Source: Raillietiella orientalis (lineage: Eukaryota). Taken from it: a stretch of DNA of 64,000 nucleotides. Made by a program: the position numbers and the translations under genes. Location: positions 2,046,001 to 2,110,000 of the forward strand of contig JAYWIR010000015.1 in assembly GCA_036172245.1 (NCBI GenBank). The letters run 5' to 3'. The stretch's first letter is position 1, and each line of letters opens with the position of its first letter. Below the pieces are notes generated by a model that ran no database searches, was not told the DNA's origin, and saw nothing but the letters and a program-made list of their open reading frames with translations. Shown here in pieces: positions 51,651 to 63,500 of the stretch.

Positions 51651-52029
51651 TTTTTCCTTTGGACAGCTAGCAGGTTTACGTTCGTGCCCGTGAGACGGGA
51701 CGTACAGAAGAACGAGCTATCTCGAACCCCCTGCTCTTCAGCATGTACTTCGAGCTGCCGATAGGAGCTCACTGGTGGACTCTGACTACGCTGCCGAGTT
51801 CATGCCGCGGAGCGTCTGCCATGTCAGCCTTCACCGGCAATCTGCCACTGCACCACCACACCTGTCCATCGGGGGGTCCTCACTCGTAAAATTCTTCCAG
51901 CTGATCCTTCTGAGAGTTTTCACCCGACCACAAAGGAAAGTCCATCGTGGGGACCTATTTTTAGAAACAAACAGTCAAGAGGAGGATAAAAAAAAAAGAG
52001 GGTCATTTCTTCGTTGTGGGATTACGGAT

Positions 52030-53300
52030 CCCGGCGCAATTCCAGGAAGCATTTCTGTTCTCAAGCAGATTGTCCACTGAGGTCCACACAGGAAATATAA
52101 AGGCGGAGGAAGTAAGCAAAGAAGAAGATAAGCAACAACAACTGATGTTTTCCGAGAAGAATGAGGAGGAAGGGATCGCAGTCCCTGACGCCCTCAGAAT
52201 CCTGCCCAGGATGCAGGCAAGTTCCTCCTTGTGAGTGCAAGAGAAGCACGGCCATCTTGCCATCACCCTCAAGGAGGACGCGATCGGGATGGCATCCCTG
52301 TTGGTCTGGTCCTTTTCGGAGTATCCTTTCGGTTCCTCCGAGATAGCACGCGCGAACGGACGTCCCGCCACGTCTTCAGGATGGTCTCCTGGGGACTGCA
52401 GACCACTGGGAGCAGCAGAACGTTCCCGCGCACCCCGGAGTGGTGACATTCTCAAGAAAGAGGCGATGTGAGCGTTCCCCTTCCTGCTGACCTCCTGACG
52501 CAGTCCGACGTGACTCCCTTCCTCTCCCAGTGGCGTAGGTGTGCGTGGCAAGGGACAGACCAAGGCGGCGGAGCTTCGGAGGAAACGTGATGTCCCACAA
52601 CGCTGCGGGGACGCTCCTAGTTCTTCCGGTGTTACCCTCGGCGATGCTACATCCGTCAGGATTACGGCTTCGCAGGGCAGAGTTCCCACAGAGAGAAGTC
52701 GTGGGACTGTGCGTCCCACCAAGTTCGAACACCCACTGGGGGAGAAAGGGTGCGCCGCCGCGAGCATCACAGAGGGATCAAGGCATTAAGAAAGAAAAGG
52801 AAACCACAACAAAAAAGTCTGCAAAAAATGGAGAGGGGAGGAGAAGGAACGGATCGCATCCCGCGATGTGGTGTACTCTGCATCCTTTGCAGAGGATGCC
52901 GGAGAGTTCTTCTTAGTGGCGGCGCAGGAGGTTCCAACTTGCTACGATTATCAGAGATTGGATGGCGCAGAGGGTGGCTTCCCGGTCATATTGCTTCCGG
53001 TGTCGTTCTCGGAGGAGGGGTTTCCACTTAGACAGCTCCGCAGGGCAGAGGTGAGTTCCCAGCTTGGTTGCCGTGACCTCAACCCATGCGCTCACTGCTT
53101 CCTGGAGCCAGGCTCACAGGGCAGCAGAGGATCCAGGTGTTTTCCCCCAATGGACGGCGCCGAAGTGGGGAGCCGAGTTTTTTCCCGAGATTCCGGTGGC
53201 TGCGCGGTAACTGAGCCGTTCATCCATCCGCAGCCGCTCAGAACCGCATCTAGAAGTCGGAGGATGTGACGATGGCGCGTGCCAGAGCGTGTCCCAGAGC
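52030..53300 (-). mobile_element. Decayed L1/Tx1-like C-terminus (zf-RVT)
   Basis: AIPIASSLRVMARWPCFSCTHKEELACIL (LP...L....C..C...E...H++) and FPVWTSVDNLL (+W..RN.++). Confidence 0.5.
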
Positions 53301-54500
53301 TCGGAGCCGGGCTCCGAATCCCCTGGAGGCAGGATCTGCGAACGCGGAGCCACTAAGTCTTTCAGGTGAACTCTTCAAAGAATCGACCTACGGGGAGACT
53401 GCGGGTCCCCGGTGCTCCGCTCAACATTTCAAGGGTGAGGGAGGGGTAGAGGAACAAAAAGAGGATGCTGGAGGAGGGGCCGAGTCCAACTCGCATAACG
53501 AGAAACTTCCTTTCGGACGTCTCCGCGCTTCCCCCTAAGGGGCAGCACCCGGAGATGCTGGCTTCCCGAGCAGCACTCTCCGGAGCCACTGGACGAGAGG
53601 TCTCGGCCCCGACTACTGCACGTGCAGGGGAACGGATCCCTTCTCGCGCTTGCCCGTGGACCGCGGTCTGTCTTCCGAGCAGCGTGGCGGTGCCTCGTAA
53701 TGGTCCTGCCGCTGCGGCCAGAGTGAGCGAGTCCTTCGCGCGTGGTCGCACCGGCCCCGGGAACCGACCGCCTCCTTCTTCAGTAGGACAGCGGGAGGAA
53801 CCTGAGGGTGGAACCTGCCAGTATCCTGAGATCGGTGATTGCATTCTCGGTGACTCTCCCTCATCTGCACCTCCCTCCCCCCTCCGCATGAACAATCGAA
53901 TGTTTCTTTTTTCCCTCTCATCACCCGGGGGCGGTCAGCCTTCTGGCTCCTCGCCTGCGCACCCGGGATTCCTCGGACTCTGGCAGGCGCAGCGCCCCAC
54001 TCTGCGTCTTCATCATTATGATCCCTATCATTATTATGCATCCTTATTGCTGAAGATGGCAACAAACGCTCCGGCGTGACCCGGATGTTGCGGGGATTGG
54101 AAACCGCCTTCCGAAAGCTGCGGCACTGAGGTCGCCACCTCCGAACACGCGCTTGCCTCTTTGGTCTGGGGGTGGGCGGGGCTGCCATCGCCGCGGGCCC
54201 GAAGTAGATAACGGAGGAAGAGAAAACCCAGTTCGTCCTTTCCGCTTCCTGGCAAATCCTACCGCTTCCTCCGCGCGCGAGAGAGAGAGAAAGAGAGAGA
54301 GAAACCACAGGCGCTCTTGTCCTCCTTTCCCTTCCCTCCGCCCTTCCACTCCTCCGCCTCCTCCTCTTTCCTCCCCTTCCTCTCCGGAGAACGCGGCATG
54401 CGAACTGTGCCACGCGCGCCCGCCTGTGCCCTCCGTCCGGGCTTTTCCTCCTCGCCGAGGATGCAACCCCGAGGTGGCAGCTCCATCCACTTCTATCTCA

Positions 54501-54539
54501 GATTCCGGATCGGTGCACATTCCCCGGATTTTCGGGATT
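54501..54539 (+). repeat. 39-bp dispersed direct repeat, copy 1
   Basis: GATTCCGGATCGGTGCACATTCCCCGGATTTTCGGGATT; 38/39 identical to 55944-55982. Confidence 0.95.
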
Positions 54540-54849
54540 CCGGACGGTGCGCGCTCAGGAGGTTGACGGGAACTGGTGGCGCCGCTGCTTTCGCCGCCGG
54601 CAGCGGACATGCCAGTCGAACAAGCTGGAGCGAGCGCGTGCGTCATCCCGAACGATTTGGGAGCGAGGAAAGGGAGGGAGCTGGATGGAGCCGGTTTCCG
54701 GAGGCGGCGACCTCGCTCGAAGAAAAGGCTCGCCCCACCGGATGCATCCGTTCCCGGCCGCGAGAGGTTCCGGTCGTCCCACGCGACAGTCCTCCTCCTC
54801 CCTTCCTCCTCCAGGAACTTCTTTCGGAGAAAGATTCTTCCGCTTGCCG

Positions 54850-55600
54850 AAGCAGGTGAATCCAGCGGACGCGTCTCATCGACTTAGTCTCTCCATCCCC
54901 ACCCACAAGGCGCTTCCTTCCTTTTCTTGCTTGCAGCCACGCTGGCGTGGGTCGTGGAGTAGGGGAGAGAGCGAAGGCGGTCTCAGCGCCGTCTCCTCGG
55001 CCCACTCGCCCTTGAGCTCTCCGGGTTTCCCTGACGACGCGATCTTCGAAGATACCTTCCGGCACGAGAGTCCAGCATCCTCCTGGGAAAGACACCGGAT
55101 GTTCCGAGCTCCCTACCTTCTCTTCTCGATGGGCTGGGTCCGACTCTCCTGCAGGGGTATCTCTTTCGGGAGGATCTCTTCCTCCTACTCAGGATCTCAA
55201 GGAGCCTACGGCGAAAGCTCTTGCTGCTGCGGGTGCTTTCCGGGAGGCGAAGGGGACGATCAGTCCTCAACCCTTTCCCTTCTTCCTCCTCCTCCTCCCG
55301 CTTGACCCTTCTGGAGCCGCTGCTGAATACTCGAAGGATCACGTGATCCGCCTCCGGCATGACAATGACCTTCCCTTCGACCTCGAGCATCAGATTCGGC
55401 TGCCCCCGGTGCTCCAGAGCAGTCCTCTTGGTCCACGTCACCATTGCACGTGTTCCCGCGCCTTTGGAAACGGCCCGCTTTTCAGAGAAGTCCTGGAAGC
55501 ATGGCGAACGCAGGAGGGAGCCGGCTGTCGATGAGCAGCCGCCATCGCAACCAGGCGAACTCACAGCTCGTCTTCCTCTATGGGAGTGGGGGAGGGAAGA
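54850..55600 (-). mobile_element. Decayed LINE APE endonuclease fragment
   Basis: SKGAGTRAMVTWTK...EVEGKVIV...VILRVFS resembles S.G...G+A++.+...D.EGR++....+++YA. Confidence 0.4.
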
Positions 55601-55943
55601 GAGCACGTGCTCGGGTACCTCGGAGCCCGCGCGGCATTTCGGGCCGCACTCCGCCCCGAACCGCAGACCGGCAGGGCCTCCCGATAACGGTCACAGTGCT
55701 ATCGTTTCGGGCTCAGCCAGGTCGCGGTGATCTTTTATAGCGTCTGCTGACGACCGGCTTGATCCAGCTGGAAGCAGAGCCATGGAAACTGCACGAGGCA
55801 ACGACACGCGGCGAAGGTCTCAGGCCTTTCTTCGGCAGAAGCTGCACGAAACGAAGGTGAGCTCCGGGTCATTCAGAGAGCCTTCCCGCTGGTTCTGCCT
55901 GACCAGACAAGCCGGAAGGAAGAGGAACGGCACTTTCGGGGCG

Positions 55944-55982
55944 GATTCCGGATCGGCGCACATTCCCCGGATTTTCGGGATT
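55944..55982 (+). repeat. 39-bp dispersed direct repeat, copy 2
   Basis: GATTCCGGATCGGCGCACATTCCCCGGATTTTCGGGATT. Confidence 0.95.
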
Positions 55983-56299
55983 TCGAGGAATGGGCAGCTT
56001 CCAGACCCGCGGGTTCCGACCTGAGCAGCTCGGACGCTGCTAGACAGAAGGCAAGCAAATGCAGCTCTGGGAGCAGACGCAGGAAACGCGACCCCTGAAG
56101 GAGGAGGCAGCCAGCTACCATGGCGCCGCTCTCCTAACCCTCCGTAAAGCCGCGTAGTGAAAGCGAAAGTCGTCCAAAGGAGAGAAACGGCACCGCGGTT
56201 GCTTCCGCGGCCTTCCCGGTCGACGCGCTGGTACTCCTCCCTGCAGCAGTCCCTACCAGATGGGGCGCTGGGCTGCTGTCCGACAGAGACCCAGATTGC

Positions 56300-57030
56300 C
56301 TCCCGAACAAGCAACCTTGTCGAAGAGAACAGGCATGTGGAGAACTAGAAGTGGATTTAGTAAGGAGCGGATTAGATATGAGCTCTCTGATAGATAGCAT
56401 AGAAGTACGTGACTGGGATCAGTTTCTGATAGAGCGATTCTATTGGAAATGGATTCCCTTCGATCTGTGCAACAGGGACGGGATTTCCAGAGAGAGCTCG
56501 ATGGAATTCCCGTCCGTTTTTTGGGAACCCTCTCGGATTCCTATGAAGGTCTGGCATCTCCTAACCATAGCAATACACAGGGAACGATCACCACAGCCAC
56601 AGATCTCAGGTGAAAGCAGTCCCCCGCCGCAAAAGATGTGGAAGAAGGGAAAAGAGTTCCCCCGCTTCCTCGTGGAATGCCGCGAACTCCCAGAATGGGT
56701 GGCAGCGAGTGGCCTGCGGCCATCGCCTGCTTTGTGCATGCGTAGGGTGGGCGCTCCCTACAATTCCAAAAGACCCACGAAGACGTTCCCTAGGTGAACG
56801 GGGGACTGCCCCAAGCAGTCCGCAGACAGAAATACCTCGAAACGAGCAGGAGATCGTGAGGAGCTGGAGGCCGTCATTTTGCAGGACATCAGGTGCCCTG
56901 AGCTCGGTGAACTTTCCCTTCCTTGCCTCTCCCTTTCTGTTCCAGTAGGGACCCCTGTGTCTCTGTCTGCTGTCCACCCCGCTAGATCATAAGGTCATCA
57001 TACCTTTATTTATTTTAATTATTGATTAAA
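56300..57030 (+). mobile_element. L1/Tx1-like 3' end (zf-RVT plus 3' UTR)
   Basis: FWEPSRIPMKVWHLLTIAIHRERSP (W...+P.K+..+.W...H..LP) and EFPRFLVECRELPEW (E..H+L++C.....W), ending in an AT-rich tract with ATTAAA. Confidence 0.55.
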
Positions 57031-57799
57031 GTGCCGGGTAGAATTCAACCTTGCGCGTGGAGTGGGACTCCACATAAAATCGCGAACGGAGGGATGGGGC
57101 AGCTCGCTGAGCAAAGATGGGGAGGAGGAACAACTTTCGTCCCCTCCATCGGAACCTCTTGTTCTCTGACATGGGAGGGATACCCCTGGGCATGCAGTCA
57201 GGTTTCCATCTGAGCGCAGCACTCGAGAAGGTTCCAGATGATCCTTCTGTAAGCGGGAGGAGGGTCAAACTCCAACGCGGAAGTGCGGGACTCGAGACAG
57301 GCCGGAGAGCACCAAAGAAAGCGACTGTGGGTCGCAGGCCGGTCCGTTGGGCTTCGTGCGCTTTGCTGGCTTCTTTCTATCCTGCGCTTCCTCGCCCCGC
57401 CCCGCGCGACGGAGGGGTCCAGGGTGGATTCTGGGCCAGCGCGAAACGAACGGAATCGCCTGATGCTGAAAATGCTGCTCGAGAAGATTTCCGCCGAGCT
57501 GAGAGGGCTCCCTGCCAGCATTGACCACAGTCCGGCAAGGTAGTGTGGACCCAAAGGTGCAAATTCGATGACACCTGCGCACGAGACGCGCACGTCCGGG
57601 ACGCGGAAGCGCTCGACTTCCTGAACGATGTGCCTCTCATAGTCGACTGGTCCTTTCATCTTCCTCCGCCTTTTTCCAAACGTCACCGGAATGTCTTGCG
57701 GCGGACCTGCCGAGAAAGGCGCCAGCCTCCAGGACAATAAATCACAATTTCATTACGGGATGGTTTGCACGGAAGCGGGGGTGTTTAATTTCGACACGC

Positions 57800-59500
57800 T
57801 TTTCCAGCGCACGGCAGATCGTCGGGGATGGCAAGGAAGCCTTCGCGTGTCACCGCGTTTATGGAGGGGCGTTCGGGACCAGCCGTCAGCGCGAAAAAGG
57901 GGAAAGGGGAGGACCAGTTTTCGAACGGAACGTCTTTCCCGAGTCCTGAATTTTCAGAGTTCGACGAGCAGCGGAGATGCGACATCTGCACACTGACAGT
58001 TGGCTGTGCAAACACCGGGAGCTAATCGCGTCTTGCGGAAATTGGTTTTCAAGGTGTTTCCGCGCTGCTCCGGTCCGGTGGCCACGCGTTTACCTTTGCC
58101 GGCGAAACGTCACTCGAGAAACCGGGATTTTCGGTTCCCCTCCCCCCCCTGTTGGGAGGCACCACGAGATATCACGCACGCGACCTCGCGATGTCTCGCG
58201 CGTCTCGCTTCAGCGCCACGCCTGGCGGATGTTAACTCATCATCGATTCGATCACCTGAAAACAACGGTCGCGAACGGCGCTCTCGTCTTCCTGTCTGCT
58301 CGAGCGACGGAAACCTACGGAGAGAGCAGGCGAGGGAAGATTGTCGTCACTGGAGGGAAAGGGGGGGGGGGAGCGAGGCTTGTGCTGCTGCAGCCGGAAA
58401 GCAAATAGACCTCCCCGCGGTCCGTAGGGTGCAACAGCAGTAGCAAGAACGGCTTCGCACCGCTCGTTCCGCCATCTTGGAGATGGTCGGTCCATGAACT
58501 GGCGAACTGCCTCTTTGCTTCTGCTTCCCCTTCCACTGCTCAGACCTCGCCTGTACCGAGTCTCGGATCCCTCTTCACTGAAGAATCGCTCAAGATCGGC
58601 CAAAGCGAGTCAAGATGGCGCGCAGCACCGGAAAGAGTGGCATACGAGGAAAGCAGGGCGTGCGGAAAACACTTCCTCGCTCCGCCCGCCTACCGCGGCG
58701 AGGTGGGAGTTGCCCTGCAAGTTTGCAGGGGTCGAAACACTCCTCGACGGTCTCAAGACGAGCGGACGGGTGGGTGGATGCTGCCGCCCCTCGTTTCTGG
58801 GCGAAGAGACTCACTCCTTTGGTGGAGCAACCTGTTCAGTGTGCCCCCCGAAGAACTAGCGGTCCCTTCTCTGCTTGAGGAAGCCACCGTGTTCCCGCTC
58901 CGTCGGAAACCACAGGATGTCCTGCCGTTTGTGCACTGGGGATTCCGGTGCTACTGGGGCAGGCGCCTGGTTTCCGGGGCAATTGCTTCCCCGAACCGTT
59001 TGAGGGGAAAAGCGATGGAATCGTTCCCACACCTCCTGTTGGACTGCGGTGCCCTGGAGGAGATTTGGCGGAGACTCCCTTCGGCGCTCCGTCATCCGCA
59101 GGACCTCCCCTCTTTGGACTTGCTGAAGCGCTTCTTCGCTCAAGGCGGGCTGAAGGCGGACGCTGTGATCGCAGCCACCATGGTGACAGTCCGCCATCTG
59201 TTGAAGCCTCGTTCGCAAAGAAGGGAAGCCTCCGTGAGGACGGCTGCATGGTGAAAAAGTCATCAGTGAGCTCGCCACCACCCATAGCCACTTATAGGAA
59301 GAAAGGGATGAATCAAACTAAGGACCCCTGACCCCTGTCCCAAACCCCTCCCGTCTTTTTTTTATTTATTTGTTGCCATTTCCCTCCGATCCCTATTTTT
59401 TTAGGGGGGACGAAGAGCATCTCTTGTGTTCCAGGGGCGCCGTTCCCCTCTGGTTTGCGGTTCATCCTTTAAATAAACGACCCGGCATCACCGAGTCAAA
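57800..59500 (+). mobile_element. L1/Tx1-like ORF2 3' part with zf-RVT and 3' UTR
   Basis: RVYLCRRNVTRETGIFGSP (V....L.....GG+G+P), VHWG, ESFPHLLLDCGALEEIW (clear zf-RVT E..HLL.C.....IW), a T-rich UTR, and AATAAA at 59472. Confidence 0.65.
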
Positions 59501-60779
59501 ACCCAGTGCGGCCGCGGCCACAGCGATGAGCACCCTCGCTCCTTGCGAACGTCCTCACGCGCACGTCGTAGGACTCGAGAGACGCGGAAGTGAAGCCAGG
59601 TTTCAGGTCCTATGAGAGCTGGTGCACCTGAAGAGAATTCCAGAGTTTGCTCGAGGCCGGTGGGAGGTGCGCGCAAGCGCCTAGAAGACCACGGTGTCAG
59701 ATGCTGCGGGCTGAAGAGAACTCACAATACAAGGAAGTGAGCGGCTGAGGGCTTACGACGGAGACCCGGAGCTAATCGAAGGGGAGGGAGGGATGGGAAG
59801 GCAACGTGACGTGCCGCATGGGTGGGGCGAGGAATTGCAGGGAAGCGCTCACCCTGCTGGATTCCGGAAGGAATTCCTGCGACAACGGCCGACCCTACAG
59901 GGGAAAAGATTCCCACAGAAGCGAAAGAAGGACGCAGCAACCTCCTGAGAACAGCTGCTCTCCAGCTGAAGACCCGCGCGGGATGCGCGGTTGCCGGGTA
60001 GTCGCCTTCGCCACTCAAAGGGCACTGCCGCTGAAACATTCAAATCCCGAAGGAGTACCTCAAGAGGAATGAGTGCGTCACCTCCCATAAAGAAAGTCTT
60101 GCCCCATCCCGAATGCTCCGCGGCTTGAGAGACATGCAAGCCCTTTCCACACAGAGTGTCTTTTTTCCTTTTTGTTTCTTTCCATAGAGGCAGGCAGCAA
60201 CGTGACGAGAAGATGGCTGCTGTTGGTCCAGGATGATGGAAGTCTTTTTCGGGTCCGCTAAGGTGGTGAAGAACCATCCGCCTCCTCTCAGAAGAATCTT
60301 CCCTCGACGATGTCTCGAGACGCCATCACCACATTCGGGGACTGTCGGCGCAACTGGAGGGTGCGCAGGAAAACCCCGACGGGAACACCCTGATGGATGA
60401 AGTCCGTTCCTCTCTGACTCGTAGGAGGGAACCTTCTCTCCCTGGTTGTGTCCGAAGAGAACCCCGAAGGGACTCCCGTGCAGGGCCACTCTTCATTCTC
60501 TCTCCGAGAGGGACTCGGAAAGGATCCGCGCCTTGCTTTCTCCTATGAAGGGCACTCCCCGAAGGTAGCAGCACGCTTCCGGCACTCTGGAGACGAACCC
60601 CCCGAGGGGAGTAAAACCAGCCCCGTGGAAGGCTGTAGAGAGTCCTCTCTTGGCGAGGGGTTGGCCCCATGTGCACAACTGGAGGGAGGAATCCCGAAGG
60701 GAACCAACTCTGTGATTTCTGGAAGGAACTCAGGAGATCACCCCGAATTCAGGCCAGTAGGACAATAACCAGCCTGCCG

Positions 60780-61530
60780 GATGGGAGAAGATCGGTGAAA
60801 GAGCGAAGGAATTAGGTGGTTGGACCACGGGCTAGCTCGTGGACGCTATGACCCCAAGTACCCCACCGAAAGGATTATTGCGCTGGAGTGAGCTGCTGGG
60901 AATCCTACAGGAAGACCTCAAGTGGCCCCCACAGCTGAAGAACAATCGGGACCTCCCCTGAAGTGGCAGTAATCGGCAATTCTGCTGTTGCACTGGGATA
61001 TCCTGTACAATGCCCGCCGGTCTCACTGGACCCGGGGGGCCGTCGAAACCAACTGTTGCAGGTTTCGTGAATGGGAATCCCAGCTCCCGCATCTGCTCGT
61101 AGACTGTGTTGTCCCCCGGCCCATGTGCTTGCGTTACGCAACAGCCCTTGGTGCACCGACGGACGATCCCAGGGACATGATGGAGCTTTCCTTCGTGCAC
61201 GGTACCTTTTCGCCTACCGCACCCCCTGAAGCTCTTTGCTGCTGCCTACGCGGGATTGAAGCAGCCTGGAGCTACGCGAGAGGAGGATGGCGCGATAGGG
61301 ACGCCAGGACGCCATCTAATTCTCCCTGCGCTCCATGAGGATGGCAGCAAGATGGCTCCACCTGGGACATACTCGAATGGAACTTGCCGGCATCCCGGAA
61401 AGGATGCAGAGGACACCCTCCAGCAGACAGTGATCCCTTCCCGTGCCCTCCAGAGTTTTTTTATTATTATTTATTTCTATTTTTGTTTGCCCCTCTTTCC
61501 TCATTTCCGTTTGTTCCATTCTCATTGTTG
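60780..61530 (+). mobile_element. L1/Tx1-like 3' end (zf-RVT plus T-rich UTR)
   Basis: HWDILYNA...NCCRFREWESQLPHLLVDC matches zf-RVT W.+L+....C..C...E...HLL+DC. Confidence 0.65.
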
Positions 61531-61532
61531 AT

Positions 61533-61600
61533 CCTCCTCGTGGGGATTTGAACCCGCGACGCTCAGTGTCACGCGAGGCCACTAACGCGGGCCGAGTGTT
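61533..61600 (-). mobile_element. tRNA-derived (SINE-head-like) remnant
   Basis: Minus strand reads GTCGCGGGTTCAAATCCCC, with a canonical Pol III B box (61554-61544). The A box is degenerate and there is no full cloverleaf. Confidence 0.45.
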
Positions 61601-61779
61601 TTTTTAGGAAGGGGGAAGGGGGGTTCCTCTCTACTAGTGCGTGTGTGATTGGGAAAAGTGACTTCCCGTGGCCGTGGCTAACGGATGGGGTAACATGAAA
61701 AAAAGAAAAAAATATGGTGATGGCTTATCCAGCACAGTGGATCGGAGACGGATGTTCCGCTACGGACTGGCGCTCCGCG

Positions 61780-62150
61780 ATGGTTCGTGGCGACTGCGAC
61801 AGGACAGCGACTCGTGCCGACGGGCAGCGGAACCGCAGAACCGAATAGGACTCGTGGAAGCTCTGCCCGCGGAGGGATCGAAGGCGCACTGTGGATTCGC
61901 AGTAAGGTGATGGCGCAGCGAGGGGATGCGGAGTGGCTCCGTCCGGCGACGATTTACATTTCCACTCACTCCCAACACTTCTTTCGACCTATCCCCGCCA
62001 CCACGCTTGGATCGCCGCTCAGGAGAACCCGACGGCGCAGTTTGCCGGCGGTGGTCTGCAAGCTGTTCGACTCACCGAGGGCGCGCGTGGATTCCTGAGT
62101 GAGAGTCACCATGACATCCATTTAGGACCGGAAAATTGGTTTCCATCGAG
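61780..62150 (+). mobile_element. Decayed LINE EN-RT linker fragment
   Basis: EGALWIRSKVMAQRGD resembles GA.+RS+..W...G+. Confidence 0.35.
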
Positions 62151-62349
62151 ACACCCTTCCTGGATTCTTTGACGAGAGCGCGCCAACCGAAGTTGCACCG
62201 AGCGGACCGCACCAGCTTGTTTGTTACTGCTACCACCGCGAGCGTCTCCAGAAAAGAGAGGGAAAACGAAGGTGCGAGACGGATGCTGGGAACGGATTTT
62301 GAGGAAACAAAAAAAAAAAACAGAGGAGGCGGAGGGAGGGAGGGGGGAT

Positions 62350-63500
62350 TATAATGTAAAAACACTACATGGATGTGTAGAGTGTGCTTATTGCATCAAC
62401 CTGAAAAGCTTCCTGGACAACCGCGCTCCCCAGCTCGAACGCCGACACTCTGACCGTCGATCGATGGGAAAAAGGTACCGAAAACGAAGGCTGCCATCGC
62501 AGTTTCGTTGGCATTCCGTGCGTACTGCGCTTTGGTGGATCCGGGTGCATCTGCATCCTTCCTTCCTTGCCGAGACGCAAACGTACACCATGTGTAATGT
62601 AACGCATGTAGGGAAGTGGTGAATAACATGCGCTCGTGCCATGAGCTTCTGTTTTCAGCTCTGTCGAATGCTCATAAGAATGCATGTTCATGCGGTTCCA
62701 TACACCACACGAAATGCTGTGATGTAGGTGATGTTCACACTGCCGGCTACCCCACTCGACCCCCTTTCACTGATCCTGAATTCGATTCGATGGCATTTTG
62801 CTTGTTTTACTTTCTAAAAATTGCTGTCTCACTTTCTAGAAAACTTCGCAGTCGGCTCAGCTGCCCAACAACACATAAAAGGGTGGATCACTGAGAACGG
62901 CGCGCCACCCTCGCTCACCCCGGTCAACCCGAAGCGACAGTATTCTCTCTCCCTCTTTAACGGTTCCAGCGGATGCGAGTGGAAACGATCTCCAGCATCT
63001 TCGGCGCGCAGAAATGCTGGAAAACTGCTAGGATGAATAGGCGGGAATGGAGGGGAAAAAAACATTTTTTCTCCCCCATCTCGGTGAAGAGCTGGGAGCA
63101 CGGATGCCATCCGACGCTCGTGCTGCAAGGCGAGGTCGGCGAAAATCTGTTCGTGTCAGAGCGAATCCTCGAATCGCGCGGATCGTTCCCGATGGTCGGC
63201 CGCGTAGCCCAGAACCGAGGAGGGCATTCGGTTGAGTGGCAGCAGCCAGCTGATTCCATCACTCCATCACTTCCATCACAGGCAAGGAACACGATGTAAT
63301 CGCCGGGCGGTTCCCGAATGAGGGTCTTCGGGGCTGTCAGACGCACCCTGGCTGCAGCAACCTTTGGTCGAGAGAAAATGCGCAGTTCGGTGCCCAGCCG
63401 GTACGGCAGACACATGAAGCCGCGTGTCCAACGAAGCAAAGGAATGCAAGCCGACCGAAAATAACACTGCAACCTGAAATCAGATGATGCCTCCTCCCCC
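62350..63500 (-). mobile_element. Decayed LINE RT
   Basis: DYIVFL...ECPPRFW (D.+...L....G+P..F), RFSPTSPCSTSVGWHPCSQLF (S..F.+..G+.QG.P+S.+LF), ARAHVIHH (GR..+I). Confidence 0.45.

Noticed and set aside
54501..55982. CRISPR-like array from the 39-bp repeat
   Set aside because: Only two copies, 1.4 kb apart, in a eukaryotic context with no cas genes.
61533..61600. Functional tRNA gene
   Set aside because: Only a B box / T-arm-like part is present; there is no acceptor, D or anticodon stem.
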